Part shown: piece after piece, positions 29,727 to 38,903 of the stretch
Layout: every line of letters starts with the position of its first letter
How positions within the stretch are numbered: the stretch's first letter is position 1
Position numbers and translations under genes: made by a program
Assembly: GCA_963663225.1 (NCBI GenBank)
Contig: OY760142.1
Location: 1,792,001 to 1,856,000 of the forward strand
From: Nitrospirota bacterium
Lineage (GTDB): Bacteria; Nitrospirota; UBA9217
Direction: 5' to 3'
Length of the DNA: 64,000 bases
Notes under the pieces: model-generated
Databases searched by the model: none
Told to the model about the DNA's origin: nothing
What the model saw: the letters and a program-made list of their open reading frames with translations, nothing else

Positions 29727-30230
29727 CTACAACATCTCGGCTACCTTTTGCGCAACGGTGCGCGCGTGAGCCTGTATCTGATCTGGCGGCATTTCTTCTA
29801 TCCCAAACATTGACCGATCGAACTTATAAAACCGATCAGCAATGATGACTTCCGGTTGAAGACCATTAATGACACCTTTCATCATGCGCGATGAACACTC
29901 GATTAGGCATCCTTCAAGAGCAATCAGCCGTCCAGCATTTTTTACCACATTACGCTGGCCGGTGTCTTTAGTGAACGCACCGCCCAGACATATTCTGATG
30001 GTTTTTTCCGGGGCAAGGGAATAGCTGAGGATATTCGCCGCCTGCCGTGCCACCTCACCTCGCAAACACGCACCTTCACAGCACATAACCGCGACGGGCT
30101 TGTTCTTTTGTCGCTCCGCATAATCCTCGCATAATGAGCAGCTGTTTTTTGTTTTCTCGATGCGCGCGATTTCATAACTGTTTATAGTGTTACCTTCAGT
30201 ACCAACTCCACAATAACCCTTTTCATTCAT
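29727..30230 (-). CDS. Putative zinc-binding DGC-domain protein
   Basis: CSLC, CCEGACLRGE, RICLGG, ALEGCLIECS; RBS before ATG30230. Confidence 0.75.
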   Translation of the reverse strand: MNEKGYCGVGTEGNTINSYEIARIEKTKNSCSLCEDYAERQKNKPVAVMCCEGACLRGEVARQAANILSYSLAPEKTIRICLGGAFTKDTGQRNVVKNAGRLIALEGCLIECSSRMMKGVINGLQPEVIIADRFYKFDRSMFGIEEMPPDQIQAHARTVAQKVAEML

Positions 30231-30285
30231 TACTTTCTCCTCTTTAATCTGTTTAATTATAATTCTCGTCACACTTATTACTGAT

Positions 30286-30537
30286 TCAGCTTCTCGTCTT
30301 GGAAATATTCCTGAGCATCTCCTCATATTGACTGTGGTCTATTTCACCGAGGGCGTATCTCTTTTTCAGGATTTCTTCTGCTGAGTCCTCTAAAGATCTG
30401 TTTCTTTCGGTCGGGAACATCCACTTCCCCATGCAATGAGACCTATGCATCATGAAAATACAACCAATGATCATGATGAGCATAAAAAGTGGAAAGAACC
30501 ACCAGAAGCCTCCGCACCAATATTCCCAGCCAAACAT
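30286..30537 (-). CDS. SHOCT-domain membrane protein
   Basis: One TM helix, then SAEEILKKRYALGEID..QYEEM; AAGGAGGT RBS. Confidence 0.85.
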   Translation of the reverse strand: MFGWEYWCGGFWWFFPLFMLIMIIGCIFMMHRSHCMGKWMFPTERNRSLEDSAEEILKKRYALGEIDHSQYEEMLRNISKTRS

Positions 30538-30568
30538 TGATTTCACCTCCTTCGGTTCCGTTTGATCC

Positions 30569-30597
30569 TATAGACGGAATCGAGCACGAAAGGATAC
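30569..30597 (-). promoter_or_regulatory. ECF-type promoter upstream of SHOCT-DGC-CMD
   Basis: GTATCC-15 nt-CGTCTATA; matches the motif upstream of the sigma gene. Confidence 0.7.
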
Positions 30598-30655
30598 ATT
30601 GAAAGAAATTAATTGTGAGGATATTCAGGAGAGAACAGGTTGAGGGTAGATAAAA

Positions 30656-31222
30656 TTATTTTTCGGACTTCTTGTCACACATGAGTTCGTTGCGGTCATC
30701 ACGATAAAAGTCGCACTGGCATTCCATGGCTTTCCGTAAGCGGGTTCGTGCGCGATGAAGCCTGATTTTTACAGTTTCAAGGCTTAATCCCAACATATCC
30801 GCGATCTCTCGGTTTGTGAATCCTTCAAACTCACTTAGGAGAAGGACAGAACGATAATTTTCAGGCAGTTGGTCGATAATGCCGCGAATACAAGCATTCA
30901 TTTCCTTCAGGATATGTTTCTCATCTGTCCCCGATAGCGACGCATCAGAAATTTCATCTGCCAGATCCATATCATCGATAAGCAATGATTTTTTTCTTTG
31001 TTTTGCTTGTGCAGAAAGCATATGATCATATGCTGTATTTGTCGCTATACGGTAAATCCAGGTTGCCAACGATGATTCTCCTCGAAAATCATCAAGCGAT
31101 TGGCTAACCTTAAGAAATACTGTCTGTGCCAAGTCTTGAGCATCTGCTTCGCCACAAAGACGGCTTAAATATCGTTCTATTTTTGGTTGAAATTCCAGGT
31201 AGACATTGTCAAAATCTTGCAT
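30656..31222 (-). CDS. ECF sigma factor with Cys-containing C-terminal tail
   Basis: AQDLAQTVFLK..FRGESSLATWIYRIA.N (region 2); EIA..LGLS..TVKIRLHRAR (region 4); tail CQCDFYRDDRNELMC. Confidence 0.92.
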   Translation of the reverse strand: MQDFDNVYLEFQPKIERYLSRLCGEADAQDLAQTVFLKVSQSLDDFRGESSLATWIYRIATNTAYDHMLSAQAKQRKKSLLIDDMDLADEISDASLSGTDEKHILKEMNACIRGIIDQLPENYRSVLLLSEFEGFTNREIADMLGLSLETVKIRLHRARTRLRKAMECQCDFYRDDRNELMCDKKSEK

Positions 31223-31241
31223 ATTCTGCACCTCTTAATAT

Positions 31242-31271
31242 TATAGACGGGAAAATGAAGAAAAAGGATAC
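31242..31271 (-). promoter_or_regulatory. Autoregulatory ECF-type promoter
   Basis: GTATCC-16 nt-CGTCTATA about 20 nt upstream of the sigma start. Confidence 0.7.
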
Positions 31272-31413
31272 GGTGGGGGCAATTTTTTTTAATTCTCATT
31301 CCGGAGCCCTTTCGGTGGGGTTAACTAATACACCTACAATTCTGCACTGAGCAAATTGTCAACAGCATGCAAGACTTCTAGTCAAATCATGCATTTTTTT
31401 ATAAAACCTTGGG

Positions 31414-31638
31414 CTACTTTTTTTTGCTTCTTTCCTTAAAAAATACTTTTTCAAATAACATAGTAATGAATACTGCGATAGGAATGATCAATATAAGTTC
31501 AAAAATATTTTTTAATGAAAATATATCATTATTGCTAGAGACCGATATCTGATGTAACTTAACGATAATAACGAGTGCCAAGCAGAGAACTACTCTAACA
31601 ATTATTTTGGACTTATTTTTCTTCATAAAGTGGTTCAT
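31414..31638 (-). CDS. Small hypothetical membrane protein (2TM)
   Basis: AT-rich ORF with two hydrophobic segments flanked by Lys. Confidence 0.55.
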   Translation of the reverse strand: MNHFMKKNKSKIIVRVVLCLALVIIVKLHQISVSSNNDIFSLKNIFELILIIPIAVFITMLFEKVFFKERSKKK

Positions 31639-31714
31639 TTAATTTAATCTGTCCTAAAGTTTGAGAGGTTTAAATAACCAGGAAGTAGCAAGTAACCCTA
31701 CATAATTGCAGGCT

Positions 31715-32200
31715 TTAAGTTCGCTGCCTCTCGTTTGAACGTAACGAAATAACTTTTCCAGCCATAGCACCAAGTACAATACACCCTAGGATGTCGAGAA
31801 AAGATGAAACTGTTGATCTCAAGAAGCTGATTTCAAATAGGAAGCTCCCATCCGGCATTTTTATCTGTTCATATGGGATGAGTAGTTCAAAAACTGTGGA
31901 CACAGGGCTGATTAAATAACTCATCCCTTTTAAAAATAGAAATAAAATATAATTAGTTGCAAATGATGTCTGTGCAGCTGTGTAAAGAATAAGAGTCACA
32001 AATAATATCCCCAATATATTGAATGCCAATCCTAACCGAGCCCATTTAAACCAAAAAGATATATTAGGATGATGCTTGTTTGGCCACAGAAGTAGCAAAA
32101 AACCTACCCAAAAGAAAAATGTCGCTGGCACTTGCCCATCGGTAAGAAATGGTACGGTAAAACCACCGATAATAGCTATGATTCCTAATAAATTAACCAT
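31715..32200 (-). CDS. Hypothetical membrane protein
   Basis: Several TM segments; likely ATG at 32200. Confidence 0.65.
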   Translation of the reverse strand: MVNLLGIIAIIGGFTVPFLTDGQVPATFFFWVGFLLLLWPNKHHPNISFWFKWARLGLAFNILGILFVTLILYTAAQTSFATNYILFLFLKGMSYLISPVSTVFELLIPYEQIKMPDGSFLFEISFLRSTVSSFLDILGCIVLGAMAGKVISLRSNERQRT

Positions 32201-32346
32201 GTGATATCGCCTTTGCGTCAAATATTCTATTCGTAACATTTAATATTGCAAAAAAATGCAAATACAAATAATACAGGAAGTTGTTAGTATCGCATTTTTC
32301 GATCGAGCCCTATATTTTATTTCTAGTTTGAATAAAATGAATGATG

Positions 32347-32817
32347 CTATTTTGAAAGGTCGAGCCGTTTATTACGCCTTGCTAACAATGCACCCATATA
32401 TGCACTGATAATAATAATCGGCGTAAACCACGATAGAAATAAAATGCCCACAATAGTACCCGTAATAACTCCGCAAAAAACAACCATATCCTTAGCAATC
32501 TTCCCAGTAATATAACCACCAAGAAAAGAACTTAAAGCACCTAGAATCGAACTTATAATTGGGAACCATGTAGAATAAAAATACCAAGAAGAACGATTTA
32601 AGTTGTCAGCGTCAAAGGCTGGATCAGGGGAAAATACAAAGAATCCCCATCCCTCTTTGGATAAAATAGTAAATGAATATGGGACATGATGTTTTTCAAA
32701 CATCACTAGATCTACAAATAGACTTGCAGCGACAGCTAGTACAAGTGAAACAATAATTGTTGATATTGTACCGATGATAATTGGCTTCCATTCTATGTGC
32801 TTCGGTAGATTGATCAT
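32347..32817 (-). CDS. Hypothetical membrane protein
   Basis: WKPIIIG..FLGGYITGKIAK..GA-type 4TM pattern. Confidence 0.65.
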   Translation of the reverse strand: MINLPKHIEWKPIIIGTISTIIVSLVLAVAASLFVDLVMFEKHHVPYSFTILSKEGWGFFVFSPDPAFDADNLNRSSWYFYSTWFPIISSILGALSSFLGGYITGKIAKDMVVFCGVITGTIVGILFLSWFTPIIIISAYMGALLARRNKRLDLSK

Positions 32818-32963
32818 CGTAGATTTTTAACGTTTAAAACTTTATTTGTTAAACTGCTTGAAAATTGCAGTTTTTTCACTCATCGTTCGACTCACAAAAA
32901 CTACATCAAAACTGCATGCTCGCACTGATCGCGAAATCTGCCGTTATCAGGAAAAAGCTTGCC

Positions 32964-33263
32964 CTACTTGGGTTTTTTATTAAAAGCGCCCGACATAAAA
33001 ACAGTTACCAGTATTCCGACTGTTAGCCCACCGAGAAATATTTTTGCGTTCTGTAAGAGGCGGCCTGCTTCAGAGTCAGATAACACTGTGTGAGCCATCT
33101 GCATTACTTTTAAAACAGACCACATGATGGCGCAGGAACCGGAAATTCGAATAGCCCTTCTAGACCAAACAGAAGCATATGGCATTTTTTTAACCGTTCC
33201 AATTGATAGCAACAATGCCAATCCTCCGAGTGTAACGATTATTAGTAATATATAGTCAGCCAT
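32964..33263 (-). CDS. Hypothetical membrane protein (3TM)
   Basis: Three hydrophobic segments in a 99 aa ORF. Confidence 0.6.
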   Translation of the reverse strand: MADYILLIIVTLGGLALLLSIGTVKKMPYASVWSRRAIRISGSCAIMWSVLKVMQMAHTVLSDSEAGRLLQNAKIFLGGLTVGILVTVFMSGAFNKKPK

Positions 33264-33418
33264 AGTTGTTTATAAATTTACGCCATCACATTTTTAATTA
33301 TTTTGGGGTGCCGATCCCAAATCTGTAACTGTAAAATACCAATAGTACTATACATCCCAGCGATCCGTGCCAGGCTGCGACCTACAGGAAGAAACGATGC
33401 AGTACGCTACTATTACCG

Positions 33419-33850
33419 TCAATCTTTTTGCGGTGCAACAATAGATCCATCCATTAATACGACGACAAATAAATAGCTTCCTGATGAGCCGTATCCTTTA
33501 ATCCTTTGAGTAAACTCAATCAAATAATACCATCTATCGTTTAATTCAGGCCAGTTGATCCTCAGAAGTTTAATCGAATTGACATCATAACTTTCAAAAT
33601 TAATGTACTGCTTATTCGCCCATGCTTTTGATAAGGATATGGCTTTATCAGTTGTAATAGGAGCCGTCGTTCTATTTTCAGGAGACCATACAGGTAATAT
33701 GGATGCTTTTTTAGTTGTGATTTTAAAAACCTCATGTGTACCATCAGCTTTTCTTACATCATAAAGGGTAACTTCTGGTTTATTTTGGGCAACAGATATG
33801 ATGGGTAGAAGAAGAACTATGATAGCCACTATGGCCCGATATATTTTCAT
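33419..33850 (-). CDS. Hypothetical exported protein
   Basis: Signal peptide; WYYLIEF..VVVLMDGSIVAP C-terminal motif. Confidence 0.65.
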   Translation of the reverse strand: MKIYRAIVAIIVLLLPIISVAQNKPEVTLYDVRKADGTHEVFKITTKKASILPVWSPENRTTAPITTDKAISLSKAWANKQYINFESYDVNSIKLLRINWPELNDRWYYLIEFTQRIKGYGSSGSYLFVVVLMDGSIVAPQKD

Positions 33851-33984
33851 TTTAATCCCCGCTTTACGAGTACACTGACATGCAAATAACAGGTTGTAAC
33901 ATAGTATACGCTCACTTTGAGCCTGGGTACGATGTATCAGGAAGTATCCTGTAGTTTTAAACTTACGATATTCTCAATAATTTA

Positions 33985-34440
33985 TCACCGCAGTTTCTCC
34001 ATAAACACGAGCTCAACTTTCGGCGACAACTGATCAGTACGGCAAATCTTATAACCAAGTCGTTTGTACAATCGGATATTGCCCTCGCTTAAAGCTCCGG
34101 TAAATAATTCAAACCGTTTGAGAAGGGGAAATGCCGTCTCAAGAGCAATCATCAGTTGGGTGCCAATGCCCCTGCGCTGAAACTCTGGGTGAACGATCAA
34201 GCGCCCGATATGACACGTATCGTCTTGAACGGCCGCCCTGACAGATCCTACAATCCTGCCGGAATGGATTGCTTTAAAGATATTTTTTTTCTCGAATTCT
34301 TTTTCCAGTTCGCCCAGTGTCTGGGTTAATGGCGGAATATTATAATCATTATATAAGGCTGCTTCGCTTTGATAGGCAAGTTACTGAAGTTCGAGTAGTG
34401 CGGCTGCATCTGTTTTGTCTGCTCTGAAAATTTCAGTCAT
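33985..34440 (-). pseudogene. GNAT acetyltransferase interrupted by in-frame TAA at codon 20
   Basis: Reads MTEIFRADKTDAAALLELQ*LAYQSEAALYNDYNIPPLTQT..IGRLIVHPEFQRRGIG..NIRLYKRLGY; TAA at 34381-34383. Confidence 0.8.
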
Positions 34441-34775
34441 AATTCCGCCGCTTCCGGATTCGTGGATATTTGATCACCGGCAACCAATGGAAGCTAAAAT
34501 TTAATAAACGAATATACCATAAAATAAACGCCACAGACAGCATTTTATCTACCTGTCCTCTGCATTGTCGGCAAATGGCGCACAGAATCAGAGTATTGTA
34601 AAGCGAATCTCTCGAGGAAATAACGAAGAAAATTTGGATTTGCTATAAAAAATCGCTTCACATTTCCTCTTTTTTATTGTACTCTTACGATATACATTCA
34701 TTGCCGTTTGAACCTGAATAAAGAACCCGGTTTCACTAAAAACACACCAAGACCAATAACCAGGGAGCTTTTTTT

Positions 34776-37007
34776 ATGGAAAGCAAAACGCCCGGCCCCT
34801 CCAAAGGATACCAGAAGCAGATTAAAAAGGACGATCAACCGAAGCCAAAACCCAAAAGCAGCTACAATCCGGATTATTCCTCACCGACCGCGAAGAAATG
34901 GCCCCAATTCATAGAGGCCCTGCAGACAGGAAACGCGGAAACCGTCAAACAGCTGATCGAAGAAGGCATCAATGTAAATATTCTGCGCGAAGGCGCCACA
35001 CCGTTGATGGTTGCCGCTTACAAAGGGCAAACGGAAATTGCGGAAATCATTCTGCAGGCGGGCGCGAATATCAACGAAAAGAATGAAGACGGTTGGACCG
35101 CGCTGCACAAGGCGGCATACGAGCAGGACAAAACAGAAATCATTGATCTGCTGATGCAGTCAGGTGCTGACGTCGAAGCAAAGAACAGGTTCGGAAAGAC
35201 GGCGCTGCAGCTGGCAGAAGAAAAAAGCCATCGTGATATTGTACGGGTCATCAAAAGCCATTTGACGCAGCAGAGCCAGGACGTGCAGGAATGGGAAGAT
35301 TTTCTGAACACGCCCGACGGCAAACCGTACAAGCAGACACGACGCTACGAATCGCTGGCGCCCTTGTTTAAATTCTGGTGGCTGCCTTTACCTGTGCTTG
35401 GCGCTATCGGACTTCTGATCGGTTTTTTGTCCGGCCTCGCTCTTCTGCTGTGCATTATCGGCATTGTGTCCGGAGCCTTTGCCGGACTTGGTATCTTTTT
35501 GTGGGAGCGCAATCTGCGGACATATTTGGACGGATTGGGGCCCCTGCCGCATCTGGATATCCACATATTGCGCCAGAAAAGAAAGGCGGGAGAATCCTTG
35601 GCAGCGGCGGCTCAACAGAAGTCAGGACCCGTTGATGCTGCAACCGACGACCAGTCCGCGGAGAAGTCCGGAGAGACAGGCACCTTTCAAGCTGTTCTCG
35701 ACCAGGCGTCTGCCGAGGGACGGTCAGACGATCTGGGCCTTATACAGACCCGGAAGACAATCGGAAGACGAAAACTAGAAATCGGCATGTACGCCGCGAT
35801 AGCGGTACTTGCAATTCTTGCGATTACGGCTCTTGTTTACAGAAATTCAATTGTTCAGTGGTACTCCGCAAAGAAGCTGGAACGAAGCGGGATTCAGCTT
35901 TCCGAGCGGGCGTTCCTGGCAGAAGTATCAAAGAACAATGAAGAAGCAGTGAGCCTGTTCATCAACGCAGGAATCAACCTGGCCGCGAAGGATGAGCAGG
36001 GCAGAACCGCTCTGATGATCGCCGCAGAAAAAGAGAACGCAGCGATACTCAAGAGACTGGTCAAGCGCGACCCTGCGTTGCTGAACCATTATGATTCGAA
36101 CGGGAACACGGCCCTGATGAACGCCGCGCGCCAAGGACGCATAACTGCTGTGTCGCTGCTGCTCGAAAACGGCGCAGATGTCAATTACCTCGTGCCTTCG
36201 GCAGAAGGCGCGGCCACGGCACTGCAGGCGGTTTTGAGCGCCCCGGATTTCAAAGACGAGCACATGAATGTTCTCCAGAAACTTCTGCAGCAGGGCGCCC
36301 AGGTGAAAGCCCGAAACAAGGCGGGTCAGTTTCCGCTGCTGTTCGCAGCCGAACACGGCTATACGAAAGCGGCGGTATCGCTCCTGGAGCAGGGGGCTGA
36401 TATCAACGACATGACTCCGACCGGCCAGTTTCCGTTGATGGTGGCCGCCTGTAAGGGATACTTTGAATTTATCGCGACCCTTGCGTCAAAAGGCGCGAAC
36501 ATGATGACGACCCAGCCTGACGGAAAAACACCGCTTATGTGCGCCGCTCAGGAGGGCCACATAAGTACGATCAGGGTCCTCCTTGAGAACGGTTCGAATA
36601 TCAATGCAAAAACAGCAAGCGGCGCGACCGCACTGACGGAGGCCACCAGAGCGGGGCGTGTCGAGGCCATACCGGTTCTTCTCGAACAGGGGGCAGACCC
36701 CGATGGGTCATATATCCCGGATTCATTTCTGGCCTTGCAGGGGAAAAAAGTTGCGATCAGTGCAAAAAATGACAAAGCCGGCGACATTGTAAAGCGGATC
36801 GGTAAACAGGCCGCTCTGGACGGGTATACGGTTAACGACAGGACAAGCAAGGAACAAAAAATTACGGCCTCGTTGAAAGGTTCATGGAACAGGATGCTGA
36901 TGGAACTGTCAAAGAAAAATCCTGTTGTGCTTGCAGTGAAAGACAAGGAAGTGTTTGTCTGGTCCTATAATCCGGCGGCTGTAAAGCGCGACGCAGGAAC
37001 GCCGTGA
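34776..37007 (+). CDS. Transmembrane ankyrin-repeat protein with C-terminal STN/N0-like domain
   Basis: G.T[PA]L..AA repeats before and after three TM helices; see findings for the C-terminal domain. Confidence 0.85.
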   Translation: MESKTPGPSKGYQKQIKKDDQPKPKPKSSYNPDYSSPTAKKWPQFIEALQTGNAETVKQLIEEGINVNILREGATPLMVAAYKGQTEIAEIILQAGANINEKNEDGWTALHKAAYEQDKTEIIDLLMQSGADVEAKNRFGKTALQLAEEKSHRDIVRVIKSHLTQQSQDVQEWEDFLNTPDGKPYKQTRRYESLAPLFKFWWLPLPVLGAIGLLIGFLSGLALLLCIIGIVSGAFAGLGIFLWERNLRTYLDGLGPLPHLDIHILRQKRKAGESLAAAAQQKSGPVDAATDDQSAEKSGETGTFQAVLDQASAEGRSDDLGLIQTRKTIGRRKLEIGMYAAIAVLAILAITALVYRNSIVQWYSAKKLERSGIQLSERAFLAEVSKNNEEAVSLFINAGINLAAKDEQGRTALMIAAEKENAAILKRLVKRDPALLNHYDSNGNTALMNAARQGRITAVSLLLENGADVNYLVPSAEGAATALQAVLSAPDFKDEHMNVLQKLLQQGAQVKARNKAGQFPLLFAAEHGYTKAAVSLLEQGADINDMTPTGQFPLMVAACKGYFEFIATLASKGANMMTTQPDGKTPLMCAAQEGHISTIRVLLENGSNINAKTASGATALTEATRAGRVEAIPVLLEQGADPDGSYIPDSFLALQGKKVAISAKNDKAGDIVKRIGKQAALDGYTVNDRTSKEQKITASLKGSWNRMLMELSKKNPVVLAVKDKEVFVWSYNPAAVKRDAGTP

Positions 37008-37065
37008 TAAAATCGTCCGGGCTTCAAGAGCGTGGCAAAGGAACATGCTGCGGCCTGATTTGACG

Positions 37066-37094
37066 TTGACAACTGCGGTGTTGTATGATATGGT
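37066..37094 (+). promoter_or_regulatory. Sigma70-type promoter upstream of pal
   Basis: TTGACA-17 nt-TATGGT with extended -10 TG. Confidence 0.5.
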
Positions 37095-37195
37095 AGGTAA
37101 CAAAAAATAGTTGTACCTTTTGGTCCGCATCTTCCCATTCTATATTGTGATTCATATAAAACGAGCATTGCTCGTACTATCTAAGGAGGGTCATT

Positions 37196-37744
37196 ATGAG
37201 GAACAGAAGTATATTATTTTTGGGAATCATCGCGGTGCTTTGTCTATTCGTGCTCTGGGGGTGCCCGAAGAAGTCCGAAGTGACATCAGGGGATGCTCAG
37301 CAGGAGACCGCGGCAGCCGCCGGTGATAAAGCGGGTGCCGAAAAAGCGGGAGCTGCAAATGGAGTGAAAGCTGGAGCAACCGCAAAAGAGCGCGCAGCAG
37401 CAGCATCTGCAGGCTTACAGCCGATCTATTTTGATTTTGACAAATCGATTGTCCGCAATGATGAAAAAGCCGTTATGAAAGCGAACGCAGAATGGCTCAA
37501 GGCAAATCCGAAGGTCAATGTCAGAATCGAAGGAAACTGCGACGATCGCGGGACCAAGGAATACAACCAGGCTCTCGGCCAGCGCCGCGCTGCAAGCGCC
37601 AAGAAGTATCTCACGGATCTCGGCATTTCAGGAAAGCGGATTTCCCTGATCAGCTACGGCAAGGAAAAACCGGTCTGCACTGCGGCCACGGAAGAATGCT
37701 GGCAGAAGAACCGCAGAGGCGATCTTGTTTCCGTGACGAAATAG
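37196..37744 (+). CDS. pal: Peptidoglycan-associated lipoprotein
   Basis: Lipobox LWGC; IYFDFDKS, IEGNCDDRGTKEYNQALGQRRA, ISYGKEKP, KNRR. Confidence 0.93.
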   Translation: MRNRSILFLGIIAVLCLFVLWGCPKKSEVTSGDAQQETAAAAGDKAGAEKAGAANGVKAGATAKERAAAASAGLQPIYFDFDKSIVRNDEKAVMKANAEWLKANPKVNVRIEGNCDDRGTKEYNQALGQRRAASAKKYLTDLGISGKRISLISYGKEKPVCTAATEECWQKNRRGDLVSVTK

Positions 37745-37859
37745 ACCGCATACACACGATCTGAATTGTGGAACAACGGGGAACCTGGGAAGAGTTGAGG
37801 TTCCCCGCGCTTCCTTCCCGAGGGCGTGCTGTCGTGTACCGCCCGGTGAAATAAATACT

Positions 37860-38678
37860 ATGATGAATAGAATTTTAACAATAGCAATCTGTTCCCTGAT
37901 GCTGCTGTTTACAATGATGGCCTGTGCGCCGCAATCGGAACTTGTACGGACCAGGTCTGAAGTGGCCGACATCCGCGATGATCTGTCCGCGGCAAAATCG
38001 AAGCTGCAGGATGTCCAGAACCGCCTTGATATGCTCGATGCAAACATCAAGGGGACGGTTGATCTGCAGAAGACAATTGCTGACTATGGGACCAAGTCAG
38101 ACCAGCTTACTACGGACATGCAGCTTCTTCAGGGGAAACTGGAGGAAAATAATTTCCGCATTGCCGAACTTGCACAGAAACTTGACGATAAAAGCTTTAA
38201 ACTCGCAGAACTTTCTGCAAAAGTTGAAGAACTTGAAGCAAAATTAAAGCAATCAAACGGTGGAACGCCCGCAGCTTCAGGAAAGCAGGCGTCGAAAACG
38301 CTGGAGCCGTCCGATGCCTATCGCCAGGCGAAGAGTGATTTCGACAAGAAAAATTACGACCTCGCCCTTGCCGGGTTTCAGAATTATGTTGCACACTTTC
38401 CCGACACAAGCCAGGCTGACAAGGCGCAGTACTGGATTGGCGAATGTTATTATGCCAAAAAGGACTTCACCAAGGCTATTGATGCATTTGACAAAGTCAT
38501 AAAAACTTATCCCAAAAGCGATAAAGTGCCCGGGGCGAAGCTGAAAATCGGTTTCTCCTATCTGAACGAAAGAAACAACGCGAAAGCACGGGAATATTTG
38601 TACAAAGTCATAAAAGAGCATCCCGCGACCGATGAGGCAAAACTGGCGAAGGATAAGTTGAAAAAAATAACCAACTAG
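37860..38678 (+). CDS. cpoB: Tol-Pal associated TPR protein CpoB/YbgF
   Basis: Coiled coil, then TPRs AQYWIGECYY..YPKSDKVPGAKLKIG; directly after pal. Confidence 0.9.
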   Translation: MMNRILTIAICSLMLLFTMMACAPQSELVRTRSEVADIRDDLSAAKSKLQDVQNRLDMLDANIKGTVDLQKTIADYGTKSDQLTTDMQLLQGKLEENNFRIAELAQKLDDKSFKLAELSAKVEELEAKLKQSNGGTPAASGKQASKTLEPSDAYRQAKSDFDKKNYDLALAGFQNYVAHFPDTSQADKAQYWIGECYYAKKDFTKAIDAFDKVIKTYPKSDKVPGAKLKIGFSYLNERNNAKAREYLYKVIKEHPATDEAKLAKDKLKKITN

Positions 38679-38903
38679 GCCGTATTGTCAGTATATTCCC
38701 CCCTTCCCAAAGGTCTTTCCACAATTTCCTTCTGTGGCATTCAGCGCATATGGGTAGCAATGCAAAAGATGTAATCGTACAGCCGTGCCGATTGGTGCCG
38801 CCTATCCGGCTAAAAATACGGCATGGCATGTACACATGCTCTTTCGATCAAAGGACCGGACAGCGGCGACACAGCAGCTTGATGCCTAGTAAGAGGAACA
38901 AGA

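Noticed and set aside
31322-34440. Canonical integron or CRISPR array
   Set aside because: No intI, no complete RYYYAAC...GTTRRRY hairpins, no identical repeats with regular spacers; kept only as a cassette-like finding
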